Below, piece after piece: positions 40,111 to 53,390 of a stretch of DNA of 64,000 nucleotides. The stretch is from Octopus vulgaris (lineage: Eukaryota). The notes below the pieces were generated by a model. It searched no databases. It saw only the letters and a program-made list of their open reading frames with translations, and had not been told where the DNA came from. The first letter of the stretch is position 1, and each line of letters opens with the position of its first letter. A program made the translations under genes and the position numbers. The DNA lies in assembly GCA_951406725.2 (NCBI GenBank), contig OX597831.1:12276001-12340000 (forward strand). The letters are read 5' to 3'.

Positions 40111-42441
40111 ATACACCCACAGTTTGTTTGTAAATGTATACTCCCTCTTTTACTATCTTTTTACTTGTTTCAGTCATTTGACTGTGGCCATGCTGGAGCA
40201 CTGCCTTTAGTCGGGCAAATCGACCCTGGGACTTATTCTTTGTAAGCTTGGTACTTATTCTATCGGTCTCTTTTGCCAAACTGCTAAGTTATGGGGACGT
40301 AAGCACTCCAGCATTGGTCATCAAGCTATGTTGAGGCAACAAACACATACACACAAACACACATACACACACACACATATATATACAACGGGCTTCTTTC
40401 AGTTTCCGTCTACCAAGCCACTCCTAATTGTGTATGCAAAAAAACATCATTGGATGTAAAAAGGATTTAAGAAATTTAATTCATGAAGGTTAAAAAAATA
40501 AACTAATCCGAATCATTTGTACACATTACAGTAAGTATGTTCATAACGAAGTCGTTATACAGATGAAAAGGGATTTGAAATATATCATCTCCAGCTGAAA
40601 CTAACATCCCGTGTTTAGATTCTTCAGATGATAGCCATTTTGCCAACAACCCTTTCACTACATTTTTAATTCAGTTCAAGTACCAGAAGAATGCCTTGTG
40701 GTGTTTAGTTACAGTTATTTACATTCTGTGTTCATGAGTTCAAATCTCGTTGAAGTCAACTATGCCTTTCATCCTTGAGGGGTTGAAAACAAAGTACCAG
40801 TTAACTACTGAGGTTGAATTAATTTTATTCAGTTACAGTCTATTCATTTGTTTCTTCTACATCTATCTTTCTATTCTAGTATGGATAAGATGACTATATC
40901 ATCAAGGTATTATTTTACAGCTGGATGCCCTTCCTGTCACTAACTATTAAATGTTTTCCAAGCAAGGAGGGATCTCTTATTTCACACATCCTCAAAGGAT
41001 ATTGTCCAATGTGGTTTTTATCCTTTTTTCCCCTTTTTTAGGGATATTTGGCTGCTGTATCTACCAGGTTAAATGACCACATAGATATTCTCTTGTCAGC
41101 ACATACAACAATCTAACAGGTTAAACAACCATGTAGGAGTTAAATAAAGGGCATTTAGGTCTGATCTGACAATGTTGGACTTCACAATTGAAGTCACATG
41201 GAAGTGACATACATGATGAACATGTTGTACTGTTGACCTTCTAGAACCATGTAAAAACAAAGCAACACCATGATGATAATGATGATGAGTGCAAGCAAAT
41301 CCATTAATTGATTTTTTTTTTTATTAATATAACTAGAAAAACGTCTTTAAAAGAAAGCAATTACTGAACTGTAATTGTATAGAAGAAACAAAAAGGGAGA
41401 TAATGTTGCCATTGTGTTACGTATTCCTTTCACAGATCTTTGCAACCACCATTAAGCTGTATTCAGCTCTCTGGATTTCCTTTACTACAACCTCCACACT
41501 TCTGTAAATATCAATTCTACACTACCCAGTCAGAAATAGCAACCAAATCTTTCTCATATCATACCCAGCTACTTCAAAAATGAGGAGAAAATGTTTTGGA
41601 TAATGGGGTCCTAAATACATTATACTTAAAAATAAAAAACAAAATGAAATTACTATGGCTGGAATACCCTTTTATTACAGGCCCACACAATCAAGTCTGA
41701 CCTGGGGTTAAAAACTAACGACCTGTTGAGAATATGAAAAATAATTTGAACACAAGAAACAGAAATGTAAGCAAATACCCAAAAGGTATTTTGGCTGATG
41801 CGCCACCAATTCTGTCAAGCTATGTCTGATATCTTAAAAGATAGAAACATTATCTGTGAATGCTAATCAAAGAGTTATATGTATCTGCATGGCACCTTGG
41901 GCATGTATTTTCTTCTATAGTACCACATCAACCAAAGCTTTGACTGTGTGTGTGTGTCTTCATGTTTGTATTTGTCCCCTACCACTGTTTGACAACCGGT
42001 GTTGGTTTGTTCATGTCCCCATAACTTAGCAGTTCAACAAAAGAGACCCATAGAATAGGTACTATAAGTAAAAGGTAAGTACTGGGGGAGCAATTTGTTC
42101 AACTTAACCTTGTTTAGGTGGTGCTCCAGCATGGTTACAGTCCAATGACTGAAACAGGTAAAAGATACATATATATATATATATTATATATATATATACA
42201 TATATATATATATGTGTATAGTAATAAATTCTCATATATTCCATCTTTCGTTTGCCATATATATATATATATATATTATATTAAATTAGAGACAAAACCA
42301 CTATTATGCAAATCAAACAAAGGAAGACTTAAGCCAATACATAAAATAATTTATATAATATAATATTTTACTATAAAATTGGATTCAATCCTAAATCTGA
42401 TTTTCCCTTTAAATTTGGATTTATTCCCTAATATTTATTAT

Positions 42442-42510
<69 letters not shown>

Positions 42511-45040
42511 CATACATACATACATACATACATACATACATACATACATACACATACACACACACACACACATATGTATATATATATAGTTGATAACACA
42601 AACCAAAGTCTTTCTTTCTATGAAAGCCAGAACAAGAGAATTAAGACATAGTAATTATGAGAATGATCCGATATTATATTATATACAATTGCCCCACCCC
42701 CAATCTCATCCTTTTCTAGTTGTTTTCCTGCTAAATAATGGAATTTAGAGCTTACATTAAGATGTGGGCTATTTCTCTTAGGGGATAAAATCAATCTTTG
42801 CAAAAGGAATTCACCAGATTTTCTTTCTATTCAAAGAACACAGTAATTCTATTTCCATCTGACTTTTGAGATAAGGATTCCTTATCTGATGTTTAAATCA
42901 GGAATCCATTCACTTTGTCATAATAAAGCTGTGTTGAAAAGTCCTCAATTTACAGTGCTGAACTCTCCTGCATTATATATTACACAAAAGCCAACTAGAG
43001 AGCCCCTATTTGATAACAAGAGCTGCCAAAAATAACAGCTATATTTTTCTTAAATCATGCCTTCCCATCTAAAAAAGAAAAAATGGAAAAAAGAATGCAT
43101 AAAGTCATAGGAGAGCTTCAATATAGAGATTCAACCTGTTAGAATTGAAATAACAACCAAATTCCTTCAAATATCATCCAACTGTATAACTAAGAGAAGG
43201 ACACATTGGATAGCATAATTCTAGACCTTATGAAAAGATGGGTCGCAGAATCAAATTTGACATGATTCTTAATTGCAACAAAAATAAAAAAAAAGACCAT
43301 ATGATCTTACATAGGTTATACTTGGAGAGATACAATTGACTGGATGGTCATGGATTGATGACAGCCTTTGAGTTTTGGCCAACTCTTATAAGGGTTGACC
43401 TGGGAACGAACAACAAAACAAAAAGAACAGTATCTCTAGAATTGACACAGCAGTTATTTTACATTTTCAATCAATGACACATTGAAACGGAATGGGAAAG
43501 AACCATGATTATGACATGAGAAATGGAGTCTCCATCGATCTGTCATTCTAGCTGTTATTCTCTGTTTGGTTATTACCTCTTATACGTCCTCTAAATTGGA
43601 AGTATAATTTGGCCACTGTTTCCAATGAAAAGAGTTGTGATTATGTTGTCATTTCTGTTTCAATATAGTTTTATCTTCTTCAATGATAACAAACAGGAAT
43701 TATCAATTTACTTTATGAATGATGTAATATTAGAAATTATCTTTCGACTTTGCCAACTGAAAACTGACAAGCTAAGTGTTATTTCTGAATTCCTTAAGGA
43801 ATTGGAGTCTAAATTGTATGTTTCAGATTTTTATTTAAATTGGGGAGTGTACTGGCTGACAGCAGAAGAGGTCATTAATAAGATTGGTCGAGGGAAACAA
43901 AGGTTAAATTCTCAAATGTATCTAAATGGATAAAACTGACCATCAAAATAGATACTGGAATTGATATTTGAAATATTGGTTTCAAATTTTGACACAAGGC
44001 TGGAAATTTTGGGGGAGGGGTTAAATCAATTACCCCAAACCCAATGCTCAACTGGAGCTTATTTTATCAACCATGGAAGGATGTAAGGTAAAATCGACTT
44101 CAGCAGAATTTGAACTCAGAACAAAATATCACTAAAGATTTTGTTTGGTTTGCTAAGCATTCTACCAACAGACGGCCTTATTTGAAATATTGCATCTGCT
44201 ATCATCATATTTTTGTTTAATATCCACATGGTCATACTTGCATGGGTCTGACTGAATTTACTGAGGCAGATTTTCTATGCCTGGGTACACTTCCTGTTGA
44301 CAACCCTCACCTGTTTCCAAGTAAGGTAATAATACTATCCCAAAGTTAGACATATTTTTCATGAAAAACTGGATATTAAGGGAATCCACATGTGTGACAA
44401 GGACATTTGTTTATAATTATCCAGTGATATCAGTACAAAGACATGCAAAATCAGACACATATATGAAAGAGTACGCTCCGACATACACAAGCATGCACGT
44501 ACTCTCTCACTCTCTCTCTCTCTTGCACGCACACACACACAAAAGCTAAATATCAAGATTAAATAACATCAAAAGTTAGAGTAGATGGATAAAGTTTAGA
44601 ACATTTTGTTTATTAATTTGCTGAAGATGTATAGAAGCAGGAGAGTGTGAACATCACATAAATACTGCATTGTGGTATTTAGTTATATTCTTTAATTCTC
44701 TGAGTTCAGATCTCATTGAAGGCAATTGAATGAATACCAATCAAATACTGAGGGTCATATAATCAACTTTTATCTTCCCAAATGAGTATGGAAGATTCCT
44801 AGTTGATGGATGTATAGGAACAGATGTTATATAAGTTGCACTTGACAGAAGCAAATGTGTATGTAAAAGTAAGAACATCATTGGCAATCAGCACAAAGTT
44901 TAAATATACAACCATTTTTCATCTTACTACAAAGAAGACAATATGTACCAGTAATATAATTGGGTTTTTCAACTGACTGCACCCTTTCACTAACATAAAT
45001 TTATCCTAGTCCCTCATCAACTGATAATATTGTTAATATA

Positions 45041-45107
<67 letters not shown>

Positions 45108-45141
45108 GTATATATATATGTATATGTATATATGTCATATG

Positions 45142-45227
<86 letters not shown>

Positions 45228-45600
45228 ATATATAAATATATATATATGTATGTATATATACATCATCATCATCATCGTTTAGCGTCTGTTTTCCATGCTA
45301 GCATGGTTTGGACGGTTCAACTGGGGTTTGTGAAGCCGGAAGGCTTCATCAGGCCCAGTCAGATCTGGCAGTGTTTCTACGGCTGGATGCCCTTCCTAAC
45401 GCCAACCACTCCGTGAGTGTAGTGGGTGCTTTTTACATGCCACCCACACAGGTGCCAGACAGAGCTGGCAAACGGCCATGAACGGATGGTGCTTTTATGT
45501 GCCACCGGCACGGGGGCCAGGCGAGGCTGGCAACGGACACGAACGGATGGTGCTTTTTACGTGCCACCGTATATATATATGTATATATATATATATTATG

Positions 45601-45679
<79 letters not shown>

Positions 45680-45680
<1 letters not shown>

Positions 45681-47530
45681 AAGGGAAAGTTTACAAAAAT
45701 AAAGAAAACACGAAGGCAGGTGGAGTACAAACAAACAAATGTATTAGTATAGTGCTTAGGAATAGAAATAGAAAAAGTCTTTTACGTTTCGATCCTACGC
45801 TCTTCTACAGAAAGGGACAAAGAAAAAAACAAGGAGAGAAACAAGGAGAGAAACAAGGAGAGAAAGAAAATGTGTGTAGGAGCTAACGATCTATCATGGC
45901 GTCCTGACTTCGGACAGTGGTCAAACGCGAGAGGGACAGTGGGTCAAGTGACTTCCAATACGAAGGTGCATGTGTGTATAAGAGGGTATGTATGTGCGTG
46001 TGAAAGAGGGCTGGAGGTCTGGACGTATGTGTGGGTGTGGAGATGTGGGGATGGGTGTGTGGGTGGTGTGTTGCGATGTGATATGTGTATGTATGTGCAG
46101 GTGTAAAGATGTGGGGATGGGTGTGTGGGCGGTGTGCTGTGGGTGGTGTGTTGTGATGTGATGTGATGTGTAATGTTGTATGGTGTAGTGTAGTGTGATG
46201 TTGTGGGGAGGTGGGGGAGGCGAGAATGGGGAAAGCACAGGTGGGGTGGGTGAGGTAGGTAAGGGAGGGTGTAGTGTAGAGTGGGGGAAGGGGGTGGGAA
46301 GGATAGGGAAGGTGGAGTAGGGGTGGGTGGGTTTATGGGGGAGGGGAAGGTGGGTATATAAGGAGAGAGAGGAGAGAAGGAGAGTAGAGAGAAGAGAGGG
46401 GAGACGGGGGATGGGGGAGAGTGAGAGGGGGAGAGGAGGAGGGGAGAGAGGAGGAGAAGGGGAGTGAAGGAGCAAAGAGAAAGAGAGAAGGGGAAGAGGG
46501 AAGAAGAGAGAAGAAGAGGGAGAAGAGCGAAGAGAGAAGATTAATCCCTGTTCACGGCGCAAGCGGGAATCCGGATGGCCTCTGTGCAAGGACAATCCGA
46601 ACACAGACAGGTGTTGCAAGGAGTGACCAGTGGAGCGGAAATGGCATGAGACTGGAGTGTCATTGGTGAGGTGGATGTCTTGGAGGTGTTCCATGAACCG
46701 GTCAGTCAAGCGGCGTCCTGTTTGTCCGATGTACAGGGAATGGCAGAGAGAGCAGGAGATGCAATAGATGTTATTGCTGGAGATGCAGGTGAAGGAGTCG
46801 ATGATGCGATAGGGTCGATGATTGGTGCCAGTGAGGAGGGTGGTGTTGGAGAGGTAAGGCCAAGTGCGGCAGCGTGGGCGGGAGCAGGGGAACGAGCCAG
46901 GTTGGGAGGTAGGGTTGGGGAAAAAGCTGTGGACCAAGAGGTCTAGTAGGTTATGGGCTCGTTTGAAGGAGGGGAGGGGTCAGTTAGGGAAGAGGTGTGA
47001 AGTGGACAGGTCGGACTGGAGATGCCGAAAAGCTCGAAGAATGGTGCGTTGGAGATGTAGGGTGGTGGGGTGGTAAGTGAAGGGAAAAGGGAGGCGGGAG
47101 ACTGCAGGGCGGATTCGGGGGGAGAGAACAGATGCACGGTCTCTGGCAAGGGCGGTGTGGATAGTGGTGAGGGGGTATCCACGTAGGATGAAGTGGCAAG
47201 CCATGAGTTGAGACTGAGTCTCAAAGTCATGGTCGTCACTACAGAGCCTACATAGATGGAGGAATTGGGAATAGGGGATGGAAAGCTTGCTATGTTTGGG
47301 GTGGAAGGAAGAGAAGTTTAGGTATGAGTGTGAGTCTGTGTGTTTGTAGTGAATGGAGGTGGTAAGAGTGGAGTGATGAATGCTGACCGAAATGTCAAGA
47401 AAGGAGACAGAGGTGTTGGAGATAGTGCAGGTGAAGTGGAGGGCAGGATGGAAGGATTTAACGAAAGAGAGGAAGGAGTCTAGATGTTCGTGGGAGAGTG
47501 AGGTGGCACCAATACAGTCGTCATATATAT
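45680..47530 (-). mobile_element. 5'-truncated Penelope-like retroelement (Neptune-type) with RT C-terminus, GIY-YIG endonuclease and 3' pseudo-LTR
   Basis: ORFs 46980-47597 and 45921-46937 are in one frame, split by a single TGA. Motifs: YDDC, FLDI, YKHTDSHSYL, HPKH, IPYSQFL, RGYP, Cys-rich linker PCSRPRCRT, NIYCISC..C..LYIGQTGR..RF.EH. (AT)n flanks both ends. Confidence 0.93.
45777..45818 (-). ncRNA. Minimal hammerhead-like motif in the Penelope pseudo-LTR (non-canonical core)
   Basis: Minus strand CTTT-CTGTAGA-A-GAGCGTAGGATC-GAAA-CGTA-AAAG: stem I CTTT/AAAG, palindromic stem III ACGT, GUA triplet. Core is CUGUAGA rather than CUGANGA. Confidence 0.55.
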
Positions 47531-47536
47531 ATACAT

Positions 47537-47632
47537 AGTTAATCCAAACATGAAAACACAAAGAGAAAACAACAACACGAGGACGTGGAACAAGCATAGT
47601 GTTATTGGATGCTCAGGAAAGGAAAGAAAGAA
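47537..47632 (-). mobile_element. Short 3'-terminal fragment of a related Penelope-like pseudo-LTR between (AT)n tracts
   Basis: Similar layout to 45685-45775 (GTGGA..CAA...GT.TTA.T...GCT.AGGAA), bounded by AT repeats. Confidence 0.45.
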
Positions 47633-47784
47633 GATATATATATATATACTGCCACCCATACCTAGTATTCAATTGCAATATTGCTATGCAATAGTAAGCA
47701 CTTGGTTAAAATACATAGTTACACATCCAGTAGTATATTGGATATTTAATATTCCTGAGATGGTTTCTTAACAGAGATATGTTG

Positions 47785-47815
<31 letters not shown>

Positions 47816-48902
47816 AAGTAAATTCAGTTAAATTAATCGTACATAAAAAGTAACTTGAGTAATTAATAAAGAATCCATAAATATGATTGGTGTGGGTGTA
47901 TATACACATGCATATTGAGAAAACATGAAAATATACTTTCAAGCAGACAATAATATTTAATTGACTTTTATTAAGTGATAATATAATTAATGCAATAATA
48001 TAACCTGTGTGTGTGTGTGTGTGTGTGTGTGTATCTGTATAAATCATGTGATTGACCAGACAATCAGATGCTGTTATACATCGCTGGTCACAATGAGCTT
48101 TGCATCACTTTAGAATGATGCCACTTGACTGGCAGGCAAGCAGGCTGACGTTCCCCTTGTTTGGATCATCGCAGGGTTACCCAATTACAACTGAGGGAAC
48201 TAACTGGAGCGATGTGAAATGAAGCGTTTTGCTCAAAAACACGATGTGCTGTTCGGTCTGGGAATTGAACTCATGACCACTAGATCGTGAGCTTAACACC
48301 CTAACCACTGGACCTTCACACACATACACACATTATAATAGGCAGAGGCATCTCTGTGTGATTAAGATGTTCCCCTCAGAACCATGTGGTTTGGTAGGGG
48401 CTAACCACCACCATGTGCAGGTTGACTAAGATAATACCTTGAGAACAAAATTTAGTTGAGAGAAACCAGAAAAATTCCATTTTGTGTATGTGTGTGTCTG
48501 GATATATGTGTTAATTGTAAAAAGTGACTGGCAACATAAATGATGTCATTTGGTTGTGATCCTCTGAGAACATGACCAGACTGTCCATTGTTTGATAGAC
48601 TGTGGGAAATATTTACATGCTTAAAAACAGGTGACAGATCAATACAGAAGGACATCTGGTTGTAGAAATATTCTATCTCAAAGAAGCCTTGTCTGACCCA
48701 TGCAAAAATAGAAAAGCAGACATTATCATGGTATATGTATGCATATACACACACACACACAGACTACTATATATACATATGTGTGTGTATGTATGTATGC
48801 ATATATGTATGTAAATATATATTTATATAAATACATACACACATACATATATATATATACACACATACACACACACACTATATATATATATACACACATA
48901 CA

Positions 48903-48951
<49 letters not shown>

Positions 48952-49038
48952 TACATATATATTTCTTTCTATGCCCATAAGCCCATTTATTATATGCCAT
49001 TAATGTCACTGGAAAACATTCAATGGAGCCACACTTAC

Positions 49039-49143
49039 CAAAAGTAATTTTCTTGTGCTGTCAACATCTGGCATATTTTTACAAGATTCATCAAAAGAAA
49101 TACGATAGCCAGAATTGAGACATGAGATGTCAACTGGAAACAT
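49039..49143 (-). CDS. Candidate alternative first or cassette exon (MFPVDISCLNSGYRISFDESCKNMPDVDSTRKLLL)
   Basis: ATG to strong donor TTG|GTAAGT is 35 codons, phase 0, compatible with the 32351 acceptor. No homology recognised. Confidence 0.25.
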
Positions 49144-52100
49144 ATTTTTGCTTGGAGGAAGAGTGAAATATATGAAGAAAAAAATGAACTAAAACAATGA
49201 GAGAAGCAACAAGAGAAGGTCGAAAGGTAGAAAGATATCAGGTGCATCATAGCTCTTACTACTACTACTGCTACTACATGATGTCGAAATATGAAGAGCA
49301 ATAGGACAGGGAAAAAGAAAATCAATCGAAAACTATCTTTGGTAAGAAAAGAAATAAGCAACAAGAGAATGGTTATGAGAAATAGTTTTAGTCTGAAGGA
49401 AGCGACAGATAAAAATATCCAAGAAAGAATTTTACTGAATTCAGTTAGCATTTGATTTACAAACAAAAGAAGAAAAGGAAAAAAACGCAGACTAAAACAC
49501 GTTAGAAATTTTTAGAATGGCTATTTTTTTAGATCCAAGATGAGAAAATAACACTTTAATGGAGCATAAAGTAAGGAAAGATAAGATAAGAAAAGAAACT
49601 GGACCGCATTGTACTACACACAAAGAATGACATAATTTATTGTCAAACAAACAATTTCCTGATATATAAGATAAATTCCAAGCAGTTAAGGAGTTTTTAA
49701 GCCTTCAATGTGCAAGTTTAAATAGATGTGGATATATTTCGCTCTCACTTTGTAAAAAAAAGAATAGATGGTTTTGACATGTTTTATACTAAGTTGGCCA
49801 TTCAGTAGAAGATAAATACTCCTCACTATCCTGCCTAGAGAGAAAGAGAGAGAGAGAGAGAGAGAGCTTATGGTCAATTGCTATTTAACTCCATGACAAA
49901 CTAGAAGTTAGCTGTAATGGCCAGACAAATTTTCATATTGTGCATTTGCCAACAAACTGATTAAATAGTTAAGTAAACATTTATGCACAAAACAGCATGT
50001 GCTAGTTTGTCACAGGTTTAAACAGTTATTGGGTATAAGCTCCCTTCATTAGCAAAGGAGGAATGAGAGGTACTTATTTTCTGAGGAATGGGTAACAAGC
50101 TGGGGGTGTTTGTCTCCCCTTCGTAAATATATAAGGACACAGGAAAAAAATGTGTCGAAGCCATCAGAAAGCGTTGATGCTTCCTAGGGCTAAACAGCGG
50201 TGGTGTAATCCCCTACTGTCACATTCACGTTAGATTGACAATATACAACCAATTTATTTTACATTTTCTAAGATATTCACTGGTGTACATAAATGTATAT
50301 TAATTTCCTGACCTATTCTGCCAAAAATTCACATAGCTTGTTTCAACTTTGTAACTACTCATAAAATTAGAATTGTTTAAAGGAATTATATCCATCAAGA
50401 TTATCATTTTTCTAACTGCCAACCTTGTTTTTACAAACTTTTTTATTTTTTAAGTTCAGGTTAATTTTTTTCTTTTAAAATATTCAATTCATTAAAAGTA
50501 ACTCGCCTTAAACATTTAGGCATCAAAACGTTTAATGAGTTATTAGTATTGTATCTCATCAATGGTATAAGCTAGTCTGCATGACTGACAAGTTGGCTAT
50601 TGAACCTCATAGATTCAGGTTCAATCCAGCTGTGCAGCACCCTGCGCAAATGTCTTCTACTTATACCCCAAGCCAATCAAAGTTTTGTGAGTAGATTTCT
50701 GTTTGTGTTTATTCTTTTATTCTTTTACTTGTTTCAGTCATTTGATTGTGGCCATGCTGGAGCACAGCCTTTACTCAAACAAATCTACCCCAGGACTTAT
50801 TCTTTATAAGCCTGGTACTTATTCTATCAGTCCCTTTTGCTGAACCGCTAAATTATGGGGACATAAGCTCACCAACATCGATTGTCAAGTGATGGTGGGG
50901 AGCAAACACACACACACATACGACAGACTTCTTTCAGTTTCTGTCTACCAAATCCACTGACAAAGCTTTGTTTGACCTGAGGCTATAGTAGGAGACACCT
51001 GCCCAAGGTGCCATGCAGTGGGACTGAACCAGTAACCAAGTGGTTGGTTAGCAAGCTACTTACCATACTCCAGTGCATAAATATCAGTGTCCCTGGTGTA
51101 TATACATATACATCTCATCATTATTGTTTAGCATCTGCTTTCCATGCTGTCATGGGTTAGACAGTTTGACTGAAACTGGTAAGCCATATCAGGTTCTAAT
51201 CTGATTTGGCATGGTTTCTACGGCTGGATGCCCTTCCTCACACCAACCACTCCAAGAATGTAATGGGTGCTTTTTATGTGCCAGTTATGTGACATCGGCA
51301 TTGGCCACAACTATGATTTCACCTGGCTTGACACTTTTCAACACATACACACACATACACAGTCATATATATGTATATGAATGTATGTGTCAGTTTTGAC
51401 AGACTAGTTGTTAGAAATCTTCTAATACAAGAATTAATAGAAAAAAAAAAAACAACTGTTACATTTCTAGCTCTAAGACTAAGTCATTCTTATTTTTATG
51501 AAATTTTTAGGAATTCATAAGAAATTAAAAGTATTAAGCAAGAAGGCAACAAGAACAACATGCTAAGCTATAAGCATTACTTACAACATCTATTTTCTTT
51601 AAATAAATAAGTTTTTAATAAAATGAACATTTTTGAATTTCAAGTTTCAAATGGCAGCCTAGATTAACTCTTATGATTAAACCATTCTTCTGCTCTTTGC
51701 AGAAATATGATAATGCATTGCTGTTCCATTTCTAATCAGCAGTTTAAACTAATTCTGAAAAATTTCTTTTGTTAAGAAAAAAAAAAAAAACATGTTGAGA
51801 AAAGAAAGTGAAAAATATTTCCAGTAGCTTTATCAAGTAACATATTTTCCTCTCCAAGAAATTATGTTTCATATATATATATGTGCATGTGGTTCTAAGT
51901 ATGTAAACATACATTACTATTTGAATTACATCACTGAAGACTTTCTACTCCTTGCTGCGACTGACTGCTAATGTTGCTATGCGATTCATTAGCTACACAT
52001 CTGCTTTCTACACATTAACAAGAAGGATGGAATTTTTCTTCAAAATTTATTTGAAAACTTGATAGCTGTCACTGTCATTTAACATAGATTCTTTGAACTT

Positions 52101-53000
52101 TATCTGATAAACACTGATACTATAATTCTGAAGAAAGGATCTCACATATTCTATATGATATAGCAACTCTTCAAACAAGCTTAAACAGCATGCGACATTG
52201 AGTAACATTCTTTAGCATAAAAGATTTACAACATATGATGCATGATGTCCTGGAAATTACATTATTAATAAATTAGTTATAAAGTTATTCAAAAGGTGAT
52301 TATGGAAGTATGTTTGAAGTTATCAAGATGGCAAGAGAATATAGTCGCGTGTATACATTTACAGGTTTGAGCCACTGGAATCTGGCCATAATTGCATACT
52401 GCCTTCAAGTGACTTTCTTTCTTTTTAAGTAGAGCCTCCATCGATCAAGGTTTACTATGCATTTGCACATGCTTCCACAAAGCTGGGGAAGATTGTTTGG
52501 GAGGAAAACAAGCAGTTACCCATATATATTCTCCTTTCCACACAATTGATGTTTACTCAAAGGAAAGACAAACAACTCAAGCCATATCACTTGGCACCAC
52601 TGCAGTCGCAGGCATTGCTACCAGAATGCAAAAGCCACAACAGACACTGCTAATAATCTTTCTCTGACACTTTATAAGTTCTGTCAATCCACTGCCTTAG
52701 ATTGGCAAAGTTGATCTTGGCAGGATTTGAACTCAAAGCAAAAAGAATTGGAACAAATACCACATGGTATTCTATCCAACACTCTAAAGACTGTCAATTT
52801 CCATTCTTCCAAGTTGCTTATTTATTCAAACACACAGACATATATATATATATATACTACAATGCTTATTTCATAACAGAACCTACTTAATCACTGCATG
52901 GTGCTTTTACGTGTGACTAAGTTACTTTTTAGCATCAAAAATGCAACTCAGTATAATGTCTTACACTCATACACACATACATAATACATATAAACATCAT

Positions 53001-53194
53001 ACTTGTTTCAGTCATTTGACTGTGGCCATGCTGGAGCAGTGCCTTTCATCAAGCAAATTGACCCCAGAGTTTATTCTTTGTAAGCCTAGTACTTATTCGA
53101 TCGGTGTCTTTTGCCAAACCACTAAGTTACTGGGACATAAACACCAACATTGGTTGTCAAGCGATGTTGGGGGAACAAACACAGACACACACAG

Positions 53195-53225
<31 letters not shown>

Positions 53226-53390
53226 TATATATGACAGGCTTCTTTCAGCTTCCATCTACCAAATCCACTCACAAGGCTTTGGTTGGACTGAGACTATAGT
53301 AGAAGATATTTGCTCAAGGTGCCATGCAGTGGGACTGAACCCAGGACCATGTGGTTGGTAAGGAAGTTACTTACCACACAGCCACTCCTG
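53001..53390 (-). mobile_element. OR-type SINE, reverse orientation
   Basis: Matches the family from the tail ACTTGTTTCAGTCATTTGAC to the head CCACACAGCCACTCCTG. Confidence 0.85.

Noticed and set aside
49035-49466. 143-aa hydrophobic, membrane-like ORF
   Set aside because: T-rich composition explains the hydrophobicity. No family recognised, and its frame is out of phase with the next DGK exon.
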